A DNA stretch of 51,989 nucleotides from a virus (Duplodnaviria; Caudoviricetes). Below, in pieces: positions 37,174-46,276 of this stretch (the first letter of the stretch is position 1; every line of letters begins with the position of its first letter). The position numbers and the translations under genes were made by a program. Location: positions 1 to 51,989 of IMG/VR virus record IMGVR_UViG_3300031965_000042. One strand, written 5' to 3'. A model generated the notes under the pieces. It saw only the letters and a list, made by a program, of their open reading frames with translations. It made no database searches and was not told where the DNA came from.

Positions 37174-38028
37174 ATGGCGGATAATGTAGCAATCACGGCG
37201 GGTTCGGGCACCACAATTGCTGCTGACGACATCGGCGGCGTTCTCTACCAGCGCGTAAAGCCCGTGCATGGTGCTGACGGCACGGCCACAGACACAAGTG
37301 CTGCGGCCCCGCTCCCAGTCTCTGATGCTACTGCGATCACGGAGCTTCAGAGCCTCGTCACGGCGTTGGAGACGGCGCGACTGGCGGTAAACCTCGTTGT
37401 TGGTGAAGCTGGAGCCGCTGGCGGTGCTGGCGCGACCGGCACAGACACACTTCGCATTGTCACCGCCGAAGACGATGCACTTGTCGATGCTATCAAAACC
37501 GCCGTTGAAGCTATTCAGGCAGTAGCGGAATCCACCACGCCGACGTCCATCGCCACGCGCAGCGAGGGCGCCGTGGTATCCCTGACCACTCCGACCGGTG
37601 CACTTGCCGATGGCGATGTGATGGCGGCCACGCAGGAGATTGCAAGCTTCTTCACCGAAAATGGCGGCCGGGGCGTCCTCCAGTCCGTCGTAGCCATCGA
37701 TACGGATGACCAGGGCGTTGCTTTCGATCTGGTCTTCTTCAACGCCAACACGTCGCTCGGCGCCGAAGACAGCGCACCGGACATTGACGATACCGAAGTT
37801 CTCACTGTGCTTGGCGTTGTCAGCATTGGCGTGACCGATGAGGCCTCTCCGAACCACTCGCCGTGGGTTGATCTCGGGGCGAACCGCGTTGCGACGCGCA
37901 CGGGCGTTGCCCTGCACATGGAGGCTGGCGCGGCAACAACCTCCGTGTGGGTTGCTGCGATCACGCGGGGGACGCCAACCTACGCAAGCGGCGTGGTGAC
38001 GGTGAAGCTCGGCTTCTTGCAGGACTAA
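37174..38028 (+). CDS. putative virion structural protein
   Basis: MADNVAITAGSGTTIAADDIGGVLYQRVK N-terminus; Ala/Thr/Val-rich. Confidence 0.6.
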   Translation: MADNVAITAGSGTTIAADDIGGVLYQRVKPVHGADGTATDTSAAAPLPVSDATAITELQSLVTALETARLAVNLVVGEAGAAGGAGATGTDTLRIVTAEDDALVDAIKTAVEAIQAVAESTTPTSIATRSEGAVVSLTTPTGALADGDVMAATQEIASFFTENGGRGVLQSVVAIDTDDQGVAFDLVFFNANTSLGAEDSAPDIDDTEVLTVLGVVSIGVTDEASPNHSPWVDLGANRVATRTGVALHMEAGAATTSVWVAAITRGTPTYASGVVTVKLGFLQD

Positions 38029-38033
38029 AGCAC

Positions 38034-38738
38034 TTGCTGATCCGCGGCCCGCGTTATTCGTTGCTGACCCGTCGCAGAGTGGCGGTCGCTGGCGCGCCGG
38101 CTGCCGGCACATTCATCGACGGCTTCGAGGACGAAACCGACAGCAACACCTACGTCTTCTCTATGACCGCCGCGCCAACGATGGTGCTCGGGATCGCGGG
38201 CAGGCGTGGTGCAGCCGCCATCGGAGCGCAGCCAACAGTTACGGTCCATCAGCCTGACATCGCGACAGACCCTACGGGAGTCGCGGCGATCGTTGCCGGA
38301 AGCGCCAACATTCAATACGGCACAGGCGACAACCGCAACCGCGCCACGATCTACACGGTAACGGGCCTGAGCGCCGCAGCCTGTGAAGTTCAAGCGGTCT
38401 GGTCCACGACCCTCGACCGCTGCTTCGGCTACTTCCTAAGCGCGACAGGATTGCAGTCGCTGACGCCCACTGCCGTGGCCTCAGACGTAACGTTCTCATC
38501 CGGCGTGCTCAGCACCACCATCGACTGCGAGGCGGGCGGCTTCGTTGTCGCGGTGATGTATGCGCCGAGCGCGTCTACTTTGACGTGGGCCGGCATTGAC
38601 GAGGCCGACGAACTTGGAACGGTCTCAGGATTTGCGTTCAAGGAGTTTGCGAGCGCACAGACCGGCCTCACGGTGTCCTGCACGTCCTCCGACACTGCCG
38701 CCACGCAGGGAGGTCTTCTAGTGGCGGCCTTCCGATGA
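38034..38738 (+). CDS. putative virion protein
   Basis: Thr/Ala/Ser-rich ORF with a probable TTG start; its stop overlaps the next ATG. Confidence 0.55.
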   Translation: MLIRGPRYSLLTRRRVAVAGAPAAGTFIDGFEDETDSNTYVFSMTAAPTMVLGIAGRRGAAAIGAQPTVTVHQPDIATDPTGVAAIVAGSANIQYGTGDNRNRATIYTVTGLSAAACEVQAVWSTTLDRCFGYFLSATGLQSLTPTAVASDVTFSSGVLSTTIDCEAGGFVVAVMYAPSASTLTWAGIDEADELGTVSGFAFKEFASAQTGLTVSCTSSDTAATQGGLLVAAFR

Positions 38739-40393
38739 GCAGTTTCCGTCTCAAGATGCGCTTCGGGCGGCGTGAGACGATCCCGCCGCTCAATATCGTA
38801 CCTCCTGGGATCAGCGGCGAGGTGCAGGTTGGGCAGACGCTCACCTATATTCCCGGTCAGTGGGTTGGCTACCCGCCGTTCCCCCTCACTTGGGTTTGGC
38901 TCGCTGACGGCTTCGACATTAGCGGCACCACCGACGCCGCCACTTTTGTCCTGCCTACCGACTTGGCGGGTGCGGTTCTCAACGTTCTGGAGCTTCCGGT
39001 TGGTGTTGAGGCCGAGGCGGCAATCTCTGACACGACTATCCCCGTCGCTGTCGCAGGTGGCGTCATTGCCGAAGAGACAACACTGTGGGTGGGGAAGACG
39101 GCGGTGGGGTCTGGTGACGGTTCCGATCTTGCCAATCGCGCTAGTCTCTCGGCGCTGCCCACCATCATGGAATTCTTGTCGGAAGTCGCTATCGGTGGCG
39201 AGGACGGCATAGTCAACATCTACAGTGAGGGCGCGGACAACAACCCGGCATCGGCCCCAACATACGGCGCGACGGACTACACCGGCTTTTCAGCCGTCAG
39301 CATCCAGCACGGCGGCACTGCTGCGCGGCCTATTCTCTGGCGCGGTGTTGACGCGAGCGGCGTTGAGTTGACTAATCGAGCGAACTATTCACGTATGGTT
39401 GGGACACGACCATATTGGGCTCTGCCGGAGGACCCGGAGGAGACCACCAACACCAACAATACAAATTGGCTTAACGCGCCAGGATTGTTCAAGTTTGCTG
39501 GCCTAGGGGGCACCTGGACTGCTGTTCGGAGGATTTCGGTTCATCGCACCGGATCGGGTAGCGATGCGTTGGGCGCATTCCAAATCTCCGGCCCCACAGC
39601 CGTCGTCAACGACCTGGAGACGTGGCAAGGGCTGACGCTTGACCACGTTGATTTCTACAATAATCGCCGCAACTTTATACAGCGTGGAGCGAATGGAGAT
39701 GCGTCTCCTCCCCAGGCATCATCGTCTTGGTGTCTGAAGGATTTCCTCTTCCGTAATATCAATTCAGTCGGCATCAGCGACAAGGGCATCCAGCTTCGTG
39801 CGCTCTCCAGGGATGGCGTAATCGACTCCATCAACTTCAATGGCGGCCGACAGCATCAAGGAACTAACGGTTTTCCGATAGGAGTTCACTTCGAGACCTT
39901 CTGTCAGGACATCAACATCCTCGACAGTGTCGGCAGGAATTTTCATCAAATCAACGGCACCGGCTATTGGAACGGGGACGCTTGGTGCACCGAGAAGACC
40001 TACCGCATCAACCTTTACCGTGTCGAGGCTTACGGATGCACAGACGCCGGCATCGATATGAAGACCGAGGACGGCTACATGGGGGACTGCCACGGTGAGG
40101 ACAATAAATGGAACTGTAAGCAGTGGCAGACGATCGAGATCGTCAGGTTCACGTCTATCGACCCGTTCAAGCGCGGCGGAAATTCCAATGCTCGACACTT
40201 CTACGCCGGATCGTCCTCCGATGTTCAGCTCTACGACGTGTTCGCGTCCGGGCCGGGCACGGCGCTTACCGCCGAAGGAAGTAACGGCAAGCTCAATGTG
40301 AACAGCGGCGACCTTTCGGGCTGCACGGGGACACTCATCACCGAGATTTCCGGCGGCGACGTGACCATCGACCCGTCTGTGGCTCTGCCGTGA
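38735..40393 (+). CDS. receptor-binding protein or tailspike with a probable right-handed beta-helix
   Basis: N-terminal Ig-like PGISGEVQVGQTLT, then GSGDGS, GGTAARPI, YWNGDAW and GCTDAGIDMK. Confidence 0.7.
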   Translation: MSSFRLKMRFGRRETIPPLNIVPPGISGEVQVGQTLTYIPGQWVGYPPFPLTWVWLADGFDISGTTDAATFVLPTDLAGAVLNVLELPVGVEAEAAISDTTIPVAVAGGVIAEETTLWVGKTAVGSGDGSDLANRASLSALPTIMEFLSEVAIGGEDGIVNIYSEGADNNPASAPTYGATDYTGFSAVSIQHGGTAARPILWRGVDASGVELTNRANYSRMVGTRPYWALPEDPEETTNTNNTNWLNAPGLFKFAGLGGTWTAVRRISVHRTGSGSDALGAFQISGPTAVVNDLETWQGLTLDHVDFYNNRRNFIQRGANGDASPPQASSSWCLKDFLFRNINSVGISDKGIQLRALSRDGVIDSINFNGGRQHQGTNGFPIGVHFETFCQDINILDSVGRNFHQINGTGYWNGDAWCTEKTYRINLYRVEAYGCTDAGIDMKTEDGYMGDCHGEDNKWNCKQWQTIEIVRFTSIDPFKRGGNSNARHFYAGSSSDVQLYDVFASGPGTALTAEGSNGKLNVNSGDLSGCTGTLITEISGGDVTIDPSVALP

Positions 40394-40406
40394 ACGAGGA
40401 TATGAA

Positions 40407-40631
40407 ATGACGACACCGGATATGATTCAGCGTCATCGTCTGCTCGCCGGTCAGACAGCGGAGGAATGGTTCGAGGATGCCGAGCTAGAAGCGGCTGAGG
40501 ACAGATATACACACTTCCGTCGATCGCAGCGCGAGAAGGACGGACGCACCGAATTGATGCTGGAGGCATGGCGAGGTGACCCTGGCGACATGGGCGCGCC
40601 GCGCTTCAAGGATATTCAGACTCCGACGTAG
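40407..40631 (+). CDS. hypothetical protein
   Basis: SD GAGG; follows the receptor-binding protein. Confidence 0.5.
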   Translation: MTTPDMIQRHRLLAGQTAEEWFEDAELEAAEDRYTHFRRSQREKDGRTELMLEAWRGDPGDMGAPRFKDIQTPT

Positions 40632-40665
40632 CGACGCTCGAATGGTGGCCGTCGCTGTTTATCGG

Positions 40666-40770
40666 TTAATGTAGCACCAATGCGCTGATCCAAGCCCACA
40701 GAACCCAGACCCACAGCGTTGCCGCGGTGAGACCGAGGGCTTTGAAAAGCACGGTGCGCAGCGCAACCAT
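40666..40770 (-). CDS. possible 34-aa single-TM peptide
   Basis: MVALRTVLFKALGLTAATLWVWVLWAWISALVLH*, read by hand; too short for the ORF track. Confidence 0.35.
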   Translation of the reverse strand: MVALRTVLFKALGLTAATLWVWVLWAWISALVLH

Positions 40771-40899
40771 GACGATAATGTAGTGGGAAAAACGCTCCGA
40801 TAAAAGAGAATCAAAACGGGAACATGCCCGCGGGACCGCTCGCGCCGTCCGCGCTTCCGATCGTCGAGGTTTTTGAGCCGCTGCGCGAAGGCGAGGAGC

Positions 40900-40963
40900 A
40901 TCCCGCCGGAGCCTGTTGATGAGATCGCGCTGCTCAAGGATCGCGGCCTCGGTCGAGGCGGAG
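40900..40963 (+). repeat. direct repeat copy 1 (partner at 41595-41660)
   Basis: atcccgccggagcctgttgatgagatcgcg(c/t)tgctcaaggatcgc(at)ggcctcggtcgaggcggag, with one mismatch and a 2-bp indel. Confidence 0.92.
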
Positions 40964-41047
40964 AACGCGGACCTGAAACGTAGGCTCGACGAGGCTGAGC
41001 TCGCGGAGCCAAAGCCCTAGAGAAAGCGCTCCCCCACGAACGCCTTG

Positions 41048-41071
41048 AGGCCCGCCGCGTGCGGGCCTTTT
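41048..41071 (+). terminator. intrinsic terminator
   Basis: AGGCCCGC-cgcgt-GCGGGCCT followed by a T run. Confidence 0.6.
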
Positions 41072-41118
41072 GCTGGCCGCCTCTCACGAAAAAGACCTCT
41101 TTGCTGGAGCTGTCCGAA

Positions 41119-41529
41119 ATGGTCATGCGCCTCGTCGTCGCGCAGCTGATCGCCGTCGCCCTCATGGCGGGGCTGTTGTGGCTCGCCCTCCCCGGCATCC
41201 TGGCGCACTCGGCCGCGTGCAAGCCGATGCGCGCTAGCTGGTATGGCGAGCGCTTCCACGGGCGGCCGACGGCGAGCGGCGAAATTTTTGACATGCGCGC
41301 GCTGACGGCCGCGACGCCGCCGCAGAGCGCCCTCCCGCCGGGCGAGCGCGAGGTCCCGCTCGGAGCGGTGCTGCGCGTGCGTCTGGGCGACCGCAGCGTG
41401 GTGGTGGTTGTGAACGACCGCGGGCCCTTCGTGCCCGGCCGCCTTCTCGACCTTTCGCGCGGCGCCGCCGCCAGGCTCGGCATGATCGAGGCGGGCGTGG
41501 CGAACGTCTGCGTGGCGCGCCTGCAATGA
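41119..41529 (+). CDS. rlpA: RlpA-like double-psi beta-barrel lytic transglycosylase with an N-terminal hydrophobic segment
   Basis: [21 protein letters not shown] and [22 protein letters not shown]. Confidence 0.88.
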   Translation: MVMRLVVAQLIAVALMAGLLWLALPGILAHSAACKPMRASWYGERFHGRPTASGEIFDMRALTAATPPQSALPPGEREVPLGAVLRVRLGDRSVVVVVNDRGPFVPGRLLDLSRGAAARLGMIEAGVANVCVARLQ

Positions 41530-41594
41530 GCACGGGCGACCGGTGCTGACGCTGAACGAGGACGGACGTGACCGTCACCCACCCGGCCGTGCCG

Positions 41595-41660
41595 ATCCCG
41601 CCGGAGCCTGTTGATGAGATCGCGTTGCTCAAGGATCGCATGGCCTCGGTCGAGGCGGAG
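41595..41660 (+). repeat. direct repeat copy 2
   Basis: Matches 40900-40963 and reads IPPEPVDEIALLKDRMASVEAE. Confidence 0.92.
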
Positions 41661-41731
41661 CTTTGAGGTCCGCCGCCCAAAGAGGGCTGCACAGCAGCCG
41701 ACTGAACCTTCCAACACCAGGAGAGACGAAC

Positions 41732-41899
41732 ATGAGAACGCGCATCGCCACGGTGCTTCTGGCATCGCTGTTTCTGGCCGCCTGTTTCGGGAAGGACGAC
41801 CCGCCCGCACCACCACCACCACCGCCGCCGGACTGTGCCGTCGGCATGGACTGCAACGGGACTGACGGCGCCGAGAACGGAAGTGGTGCTGCGCAGTGA
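41732..41899 (+). CDS. small Pro-rich lipoprotein (o-spanin-like)
   Basis: Signal peptide with lipobox LAAC and poly-Pro. SD AGGAG; coupled to the endolysin. Confidence 0.65.
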   Translation: MRTRIATVLLASLFLAACFGKDDPPAPPPPPPPDCAVGMDCNGTDGAENGSGAAQ

Positions 41900-42663
41900 A
41901 CCGTACGACTTTCTACGACAAAATCCGTGACGATGATCTGGTATTCGTCACGGATGACGGCCGCGGGCTGATCACTCAGCAGCAGGTCGATGGCATGGAG
42001 AATCTGCTGAACGTCTGGGAGGGGCACTACTCCGACGATCCGCTTGACCTCCTAGCCTACGATCTGGCCACTGCCTACCACGAGACGGCGCACACCATGC
42101 AGCCGATCGAGGAATACGGCGCGCGTTCCTATTTCGACAAGTATGAGCCGGGGACGCGGATTGGCAAGGTTCTCGGCAACACACAGCCAGGAGACGGCTA
42201 CCGTTTCCGTGGACAGGGCCACGTCCAGAACACCGGCCGCGCCAACGCACGCAAAGCTACGAAGCGCCTCAATGAGGTGTTCGGGTTTGGCGTGGACCTT
42301 GAAAAGAACCCGGAGAAGCGCGGCGATCCTATCATCTCAGCGCACAGCCTGTTTCTAGGAAATAAAGAGGGCTGGTGGACCGGCAAGGATTTGCTCGACT
42401 ACCTCGATGGCGTTGACGAACCTGACGCCGACGATCTCAAGGAGTTCATTGCTGCGCGGCGCGTAGTGAACGGCACCGACAAAGCCGAGAAGATCGGGGG
42501 CTATGCCTTAGCCTTTGAAAAGGCGCTGTGGGCGGCTGGATACGGTGTGGACGCCCCGGTGGGGCCGACACCGAGCGGGCCTGCGGAGGGCTTCTGGGCC
42601 TTCCTGTGGCGCATTCTCAAGACGATCGGGCTCAAGACGATCGGGAAAGGACGACGGAAATGA
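41896..42663 (+). CDS. endolysin, GH19 family
   Basis: Motifs LATAYHETAHTMQPIEEYG, GDGYRFRGQGHVQNTGRAN and ARRVVNGTD, with a C-terminal amphipathic basic tail. Confidence 0.88.
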   Translation: MNRTTFYDKIRDDDLVFVTDDGRGLITQQQVDGMENLLNVWEGHYSDDPLDLLAYDLATAYHETAHTMQPIEEYGARSYFDKYEPGTRIGKVLGNTQPGDGYRFRGQGHVQNTGRANARKATKRLNEVFGFGVDLEKNPEKRGDPIISAHSLFLGNKEGWWTGKDLLDYLDGVDEPDADDLKEFIAARRVVNGTDKAEKIGGYALAFEKALWAAGYGVDAPVGPTPSGPAEGFWAFLWRILKTIGLKTIGKGRRK

Positions 42664-42842
42664 CGGTTCTCATCATCGTGCTTGTGCTCGGCGCAGCGGG
42701 CATTTCGTTCGCAGCCTACAAGTTCCCGAAGTTCCGGGCATGGCTCCTGCTTGTCCTTGGCGGCTGGATCATGGCCGCTGCTGCGGCTCTGATGTGGCTC
42801 GGTGAATGGCTGGCCGCAGTCGGAGGGACACCGCCGGCATGA
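42660..42842 (+). CDS. small 2-TM membrane protein (holin candidate)
   Basis: Two hydrophobic stretches; coupled to the endolysin. Confidence 0.6.
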   Translation: MTVLIIVLVLGAAGISFAAYKFPKFRAWLLLVLGGWIMAAAAALMWLGEWLAAVGGTPPA

Positions 42843-43234
42843 GCGAGACCAACAAGCCCAAGAGCGCTCTAGGTAAGGCTGTCAGCAGAGCGGCGCTCGC
42901 TGGTGACATCAAAGGCGTCGGCCAAGTCGGCTCCGACAAGCTCGGGGTGGACACCGAGGACGAAGTTGCAACTGATCCCGTCCTCGCGAATGCGCTGAAC
43001 CAGGAGACGCCTGTTCAGTCGCGGCTCACATGGATCGGCGGCGGCGGCATCCTCGTGGCGGCGCTCTACATGGGCCAGGAAATCTTGACCCACGGCCTCG
43101 ACCTGTCGGCGTACGAGTGGGGCGACATGGAGGAGTCTGTTCTCGTCCTGGTGCCGGCCATGCTCACGCTCTACGCGCGCTGGTACCCGAAGCTCAAGCC
43201 GCTGTTCTGGCAAAGATGGTGGTGGCCGTGGTGA
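42839..43234 (+). CDS. membrane protein
   Basis: ETPVQSRLTW followed by two hydrophobic segments. Confidence 0.6.
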   Translation: MSETNKPKSALGKAVSRAALAGDIKGVGQVGSDKLGVDTEDEVATDPVLANALNQETPVQSRLTWIGGGGILVAALYMGQEILTHGLDLSAYEWGDMEESVLVLVPAMLTLYARWYPKLKPLFWQRWWWPW

Positions 43235-43253
43235 TGAATAAAGGAGAAACGTA

Positions 43254-43379
43254 ATGGCCTACCTTCCAGCAATTCTGTTGATCGTCGCGGGCATTCTCGG
43301 CGCCGCGTCGGTCGACGGTCGCATAGCGTGGGTGCTGGTGGCTCTAGCCGGCCTGTTCATGGTGCTGCCGCTGCGATGA
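43254..43379 (+). CDS. 41-aa 2-TM membrane protein
   Basis: SD AAGGAG; MAYLPAILLIVAGILGAASVDGRIAWVLVALAGLFMVLPLR. Confidence 0.6.
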   Translation: MAYLPAILLIVAGILGAASVDGRIAWVLVALAGLFMVLPLR

Positions 43380-43690
43380 CGAGCGCATGGGCACTGATGT
43401 GTGCAGCATTGCTAATGGGCGCTGCGACTCCGTCCTCACCGAGGATAGAGCACGTCGAGCGCTCACCCACGATGGGTGAGTGCGTCCAAGCAGGGCGTGC
43501 GCATTGCGGGGCTGTCACGGCCACCGTCGCCGGCCTCTGGATCATCATCGGACGGGATATGTCGAGATCGTTGTGGGTGCATGAGGCATGCCACCACGTT
43601 CAAGCGCGGATCCGACGGCTGGCGCACGGCCCGGCCGCGGAGCGCGAGTGCGAGGCGGTGCAGCAACGCACGCAGGAGTGCCAGCGGTGA
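43376..43690 (+). CDS. exported protein with an HExxH motif
   Basis: Signal-like N-terminus, LWVHEACHHVQ and several Cys. Confidence 0.55.
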   Translation: MTSAWALMCAALLMGAATPSSPRIEHVERSPTMGECVQAGRAHCGAVTATVAGLWIIIGRDMSRSLWVHEACHHVQARIRRLAHGPAAERECEAVQQRTQECQR

Positions 43691-43881
43691 TCGCGCTCGC
43701 CATCGGCTACATCATCGGCGCGATAATCCTCTGCATCGGGCTCGCCGTGTTCGTCGTGTTCGCCAGAGTAGCATGGCAGGCGTGGCAAGAGGACGCCGGC
43801 GACTCCGTGCTTCAGTCGGTGGCCTTCCTCACGCTTGCGCTGCTGCTGATTGCGATCGGCGTGGCAATATTGGTGGTGTGA
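43687..43881 (+). CDS. 2-TM membrane protein
   Basis: Highly hydrophobic; GTGA-coupled. Confidence 0.55.
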   Translation: MIALAIGYIIGAIILCIGLAVFVVFARVAWQAWQEDAGDSVLQSVAFLTLALLLIAIGVAILVV

Positions 43882-43968
43882 TTATCTCCGCCGGGCCGGC
43901 GTGCTCGCCGCCATCGTGGCGGTGATCCTCGTCGCCTTCGGCGCGGCGCTCTTTTGGCTGTTTGGAGG

Positions 43969-44286
43969 ATGACGATGCTCGAAGGCCTTCTCCGCTCTCA
44001 GGCGCTTATTTGTGAAGCTCTGGCGATGCAGCTCGGCGACCGTGGACGTGAGGCAGCGGCGCGGGAACTGTTGGCGGAGGCGAAGAGACTGCGTGGAGCA
44101 GAGCCTAAGGCTGTTATGGACCCTGAGTTATTTACGATGCTGCGGGAGGTGGATGCGTTTCTCGACGTTGCCTACCACCTGATTGCCAATGAGTCTGGGG
44201 CAGAGGAAGCAGAAGAGGCGCTTATGATCATCGAGCGGCTGTCCAAGTCTCTCCGCGCTGCTATCGCTAAATTGGAGGACGACTGA
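43969..44286 (+). CDS. hypothetical protein
   Basis: SD GGAGG; helical composition. Confidence 0.55.
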   Translation: MTMLEGLLRSQALICEALAMQLGDRGREAAARELLAEAKRLRGAEPKAVMDPELFTMLREVDAFLDVAYHLIANESGAEEAEEALMIIERLSKSLRAAIAKLEDD

Positions 44287-44753
44287 TGCTCTCCCTACTC
44301 ACCGGCCCCATCCTCCAAGCCATCACCGGCAACCTGTTCGACAAGGTCGCCGACACCTTCCAGGCTTACTTCAATAAGCAGATCAGTCGCGAGGAAGCGC
44401 AGGCGAAGGTGAGCCTCGCACTGGCATCGGCCTTCGCAGAGGTGGAGAAGTCGCACGCGGACTCAATTGCGCGCACCTTTGCGTCATTCATGGACGCGGC
44501 GAAGACGAGCCTGCTTCTACGGATAGGCTGGTTCCTCGTGGTCACGACACAGCTTTCAGTCCTGATCTGGCACCAGGTCGGCATCCCGGCCTACGTCCAC
44601 ATCGTAGGCGGGAGCTATCCGTCGAGCGGCACCACGGTTGAGTGGGCCTACCTGCTGCTCGCGGCGTGCCTTGGTATGGGAGCAGTGCTGTTGCGATCGG
44701 GGCCGGGCGTGGGCAACTTGGCTGACAGGCTCAAGAGCCTGGTGGTGAGATAA
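44286..44753 (+). CDS. holin-like multi-TM protein
   Basis: Amphipathic N-terminus and two C-terminal TM segments. Confidence 0.55.
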   Translation: MLSLLTGPILQAITGNLFDKVADTFQAYFNKQISREEAQAKVSLALASAFAEVEKSHADSIARTFASFMDAAKTSLLLRIGWFLVVTTQLSVLIWHQVGIPAYVHIVGGSYPSSGTTVEWAYLLLAACLGMGAVLLRSGPGVGNLADRLKSLVVR

Positions 44754-44759
44754 TTCGGC

Positions 44760-45134
44760 ATGAGCGAAATCGCACTTCGGGATTGGGTCGACAAGCAGAT
44801 CGACCACGTGAATGCGCTTCGCTGTGCCGACAGCCGACGAACGAATGACAGGCTCGATGCAACAGCGAAGGCGCTGGAACTTCAGGCGAAAGAATACGAC
44901 CGCCGGCTTGACGACCTGAACCATCATCGCCACCAGAAGACCGAGTTGGAGCTGTCCAAGATCATTGAGCTGCAGAAGCGACTCGACAATGAGATTTCAG
45001 TGATGGTCACAAGAGTTGCGGCAAATAGCGATCTGGTGAAGACGCTCCAGGCTCGAGCGATAGCGCTGGCGGGTATAGCGGCACTGTTCGGGGGGAGTGT
45101 CGCGACAGTACTGATAAACTGGGTGATTTCATAA
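44760..45134 (+). CDS. coiled-coil protein with a C-terminal TM segment
   Basis: ALELQAKEYDRRLDDLNH and a hydrophobic C-terminus. Confidence 0.6.
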   Translation: MSEIALRDWVDKQIDHVNALRCADSRRTNDRLDATAKALELQAKEYDRRLDDLNHHRHQKTELELSKIIELQKRLDNEISVMVTRVAANSDLVKTLQARAIALAGIAALFGGSVATVLINWVIS

Positions 45135-45433
45135 TGAAGATAGTTGCTGCCTTACTCGCGCTCCTGCCGGCGACCGCCGCCGCGCAGGGGTTCGCGCCGG
45201 AGAGCCAAGGCTGCGCTATGCACCACGAGATGACAGCACAGTTGGAACAGATCTACGGAGAGTACGCCATGCTGACCGCCGTAACAGCAGATGACTACCT
45301 CATGCAGATCTTCGGCAACCCTGAGACCGGCACATGGAGCCAGATTTTCACGGAGCGCACGACGACGTTGTCCTGTCTCGCGGCTGAGGGCAGCGGCGGC
45401 TGGAGCATAGACGAAGCGGCGGGTATGTTCTGA
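45134..45433 (+). CDS. exported conserved phage protein
   Basis: Signal peptide and C..YGE..NPETGTWS..SCLAAEG. Confidence 0.65.
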   Translation: MKIVAALLALLPATAAAQGFAPESQGCAMHHEMTAQLEQIYGEYAMLTAVTADDYLMQIFGNPETGTWSQIFTERTTTLSCLAAEGSGGWSIDEAAGMF

Positions 45434-45437
45434 CACC

Positions 45438-45626
45438 ATGGCCGATGATTTCGCGGGCGTCGCGCGGGAGGTCGTGGGGCTTCACCATCACCGGTTTCAA
45501 GCACCGCGCCTGCCGTCTCGACCTCATGACCTTCGCCTGGGTGTTCGACACCACCGTGACGACGGCGGAAATGGAAGCGCGCGAAGGCGAAGGCCAAGTC
45601 GATCCGTGAGGACACGACAGGCGTGA
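45438..45626 (+). CDS. hypothetical protein
   Basis: Tiles the gap; its stop overlaps the next GTG. Confidence 0.35.
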   Translation: MADDFAGVAREVVGLHHHRFQAPRLPSRPHDLRLGVRHHRDDGGNGSARRRRPSRSVRTRQA

Positions 45627-46051
45627 AACTTGCCGCCCTCAATCGTCTGTTCGATGCCTGCTTCCGCATCCAGCGCGAAGCATGCGAGGCGGCCGGCCGG
45701 CATATCCCGATGGTCGTTGAGAACGTCCGCGGCGCTCAACCTTGGGTCGGCCGGGCACGGTGGGCATTCGGTAGCTACTACCTGTGGGGCGACGTGCCGG
45801 CGCTGATGCCGGCGACGCTGAAGGCGCAGAAGGATCCAGGCTTCCGGTTCGATGGCAGCGGCAGGAGCTTCCAAACAGCGAGCACCAAGCGCGTCGGCTT
45901 CAAGGGCGTGGGCGCGGGCGCGGAGTGGTTCGACCTGTCAAGCACATCGCCATCCCGCAAAGCTGCCTCCGCCATGATCGCCAAGATACCGCTGCCGCTC
46001 AGTCTCCATATCGGGACAACCTTCGCCCCACGCAAAGATGAGGCGGCATAG
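45623..46051 (+). pseudogene. C-terminal remnant of a phage DNA-cytosine methyltransferase-like gene
   Basis: PMVVENVRGAQ (ENV motif) and RKAASAMIAKIP. No FxGxG or PC motif is found upstream. Confidence 0.55.
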
Positions 46052-46276
46052 ATGACACCGCTTGAGATACTGCGCGAGGCGCGGCCACTCGTTGCTGACG
46101 GCGCTCTGCCAATTCAGGCGATCCAACGCGTTGTGAAGGGACGCCGCGCGGGCCAGTCCATACTGAACGCTGTGGACGCGCTGATAGATGCCTTCGGGCG
46201 CACGCCTTGGCGCGGCGGGAGCCGCGATGAATTTCTCGCTGCCATTGACCGCGCCATCAAGGCGCAGGGAGGGTGA
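46052..46276 (+). CDS. hypothetical protein
   Basis: MTPLEILREAR...LAAIDRAI pattern; SD GAGG. Confidence 0.6.
   Translation: MTPLEILREARPLVADGALPIQAIQRVVKGRRAGQSILNAVDALIDAFGRTPWRGGSRDEFLAAIDRAIKAQGG

Noticed and set aside
40900-41660. DGR template/variable repeat pair or IS ends
   Set aside because: No reverse transcriptase or transposase is present. The differences are one C/T change and a 2-bp indel, not adenine-specific.
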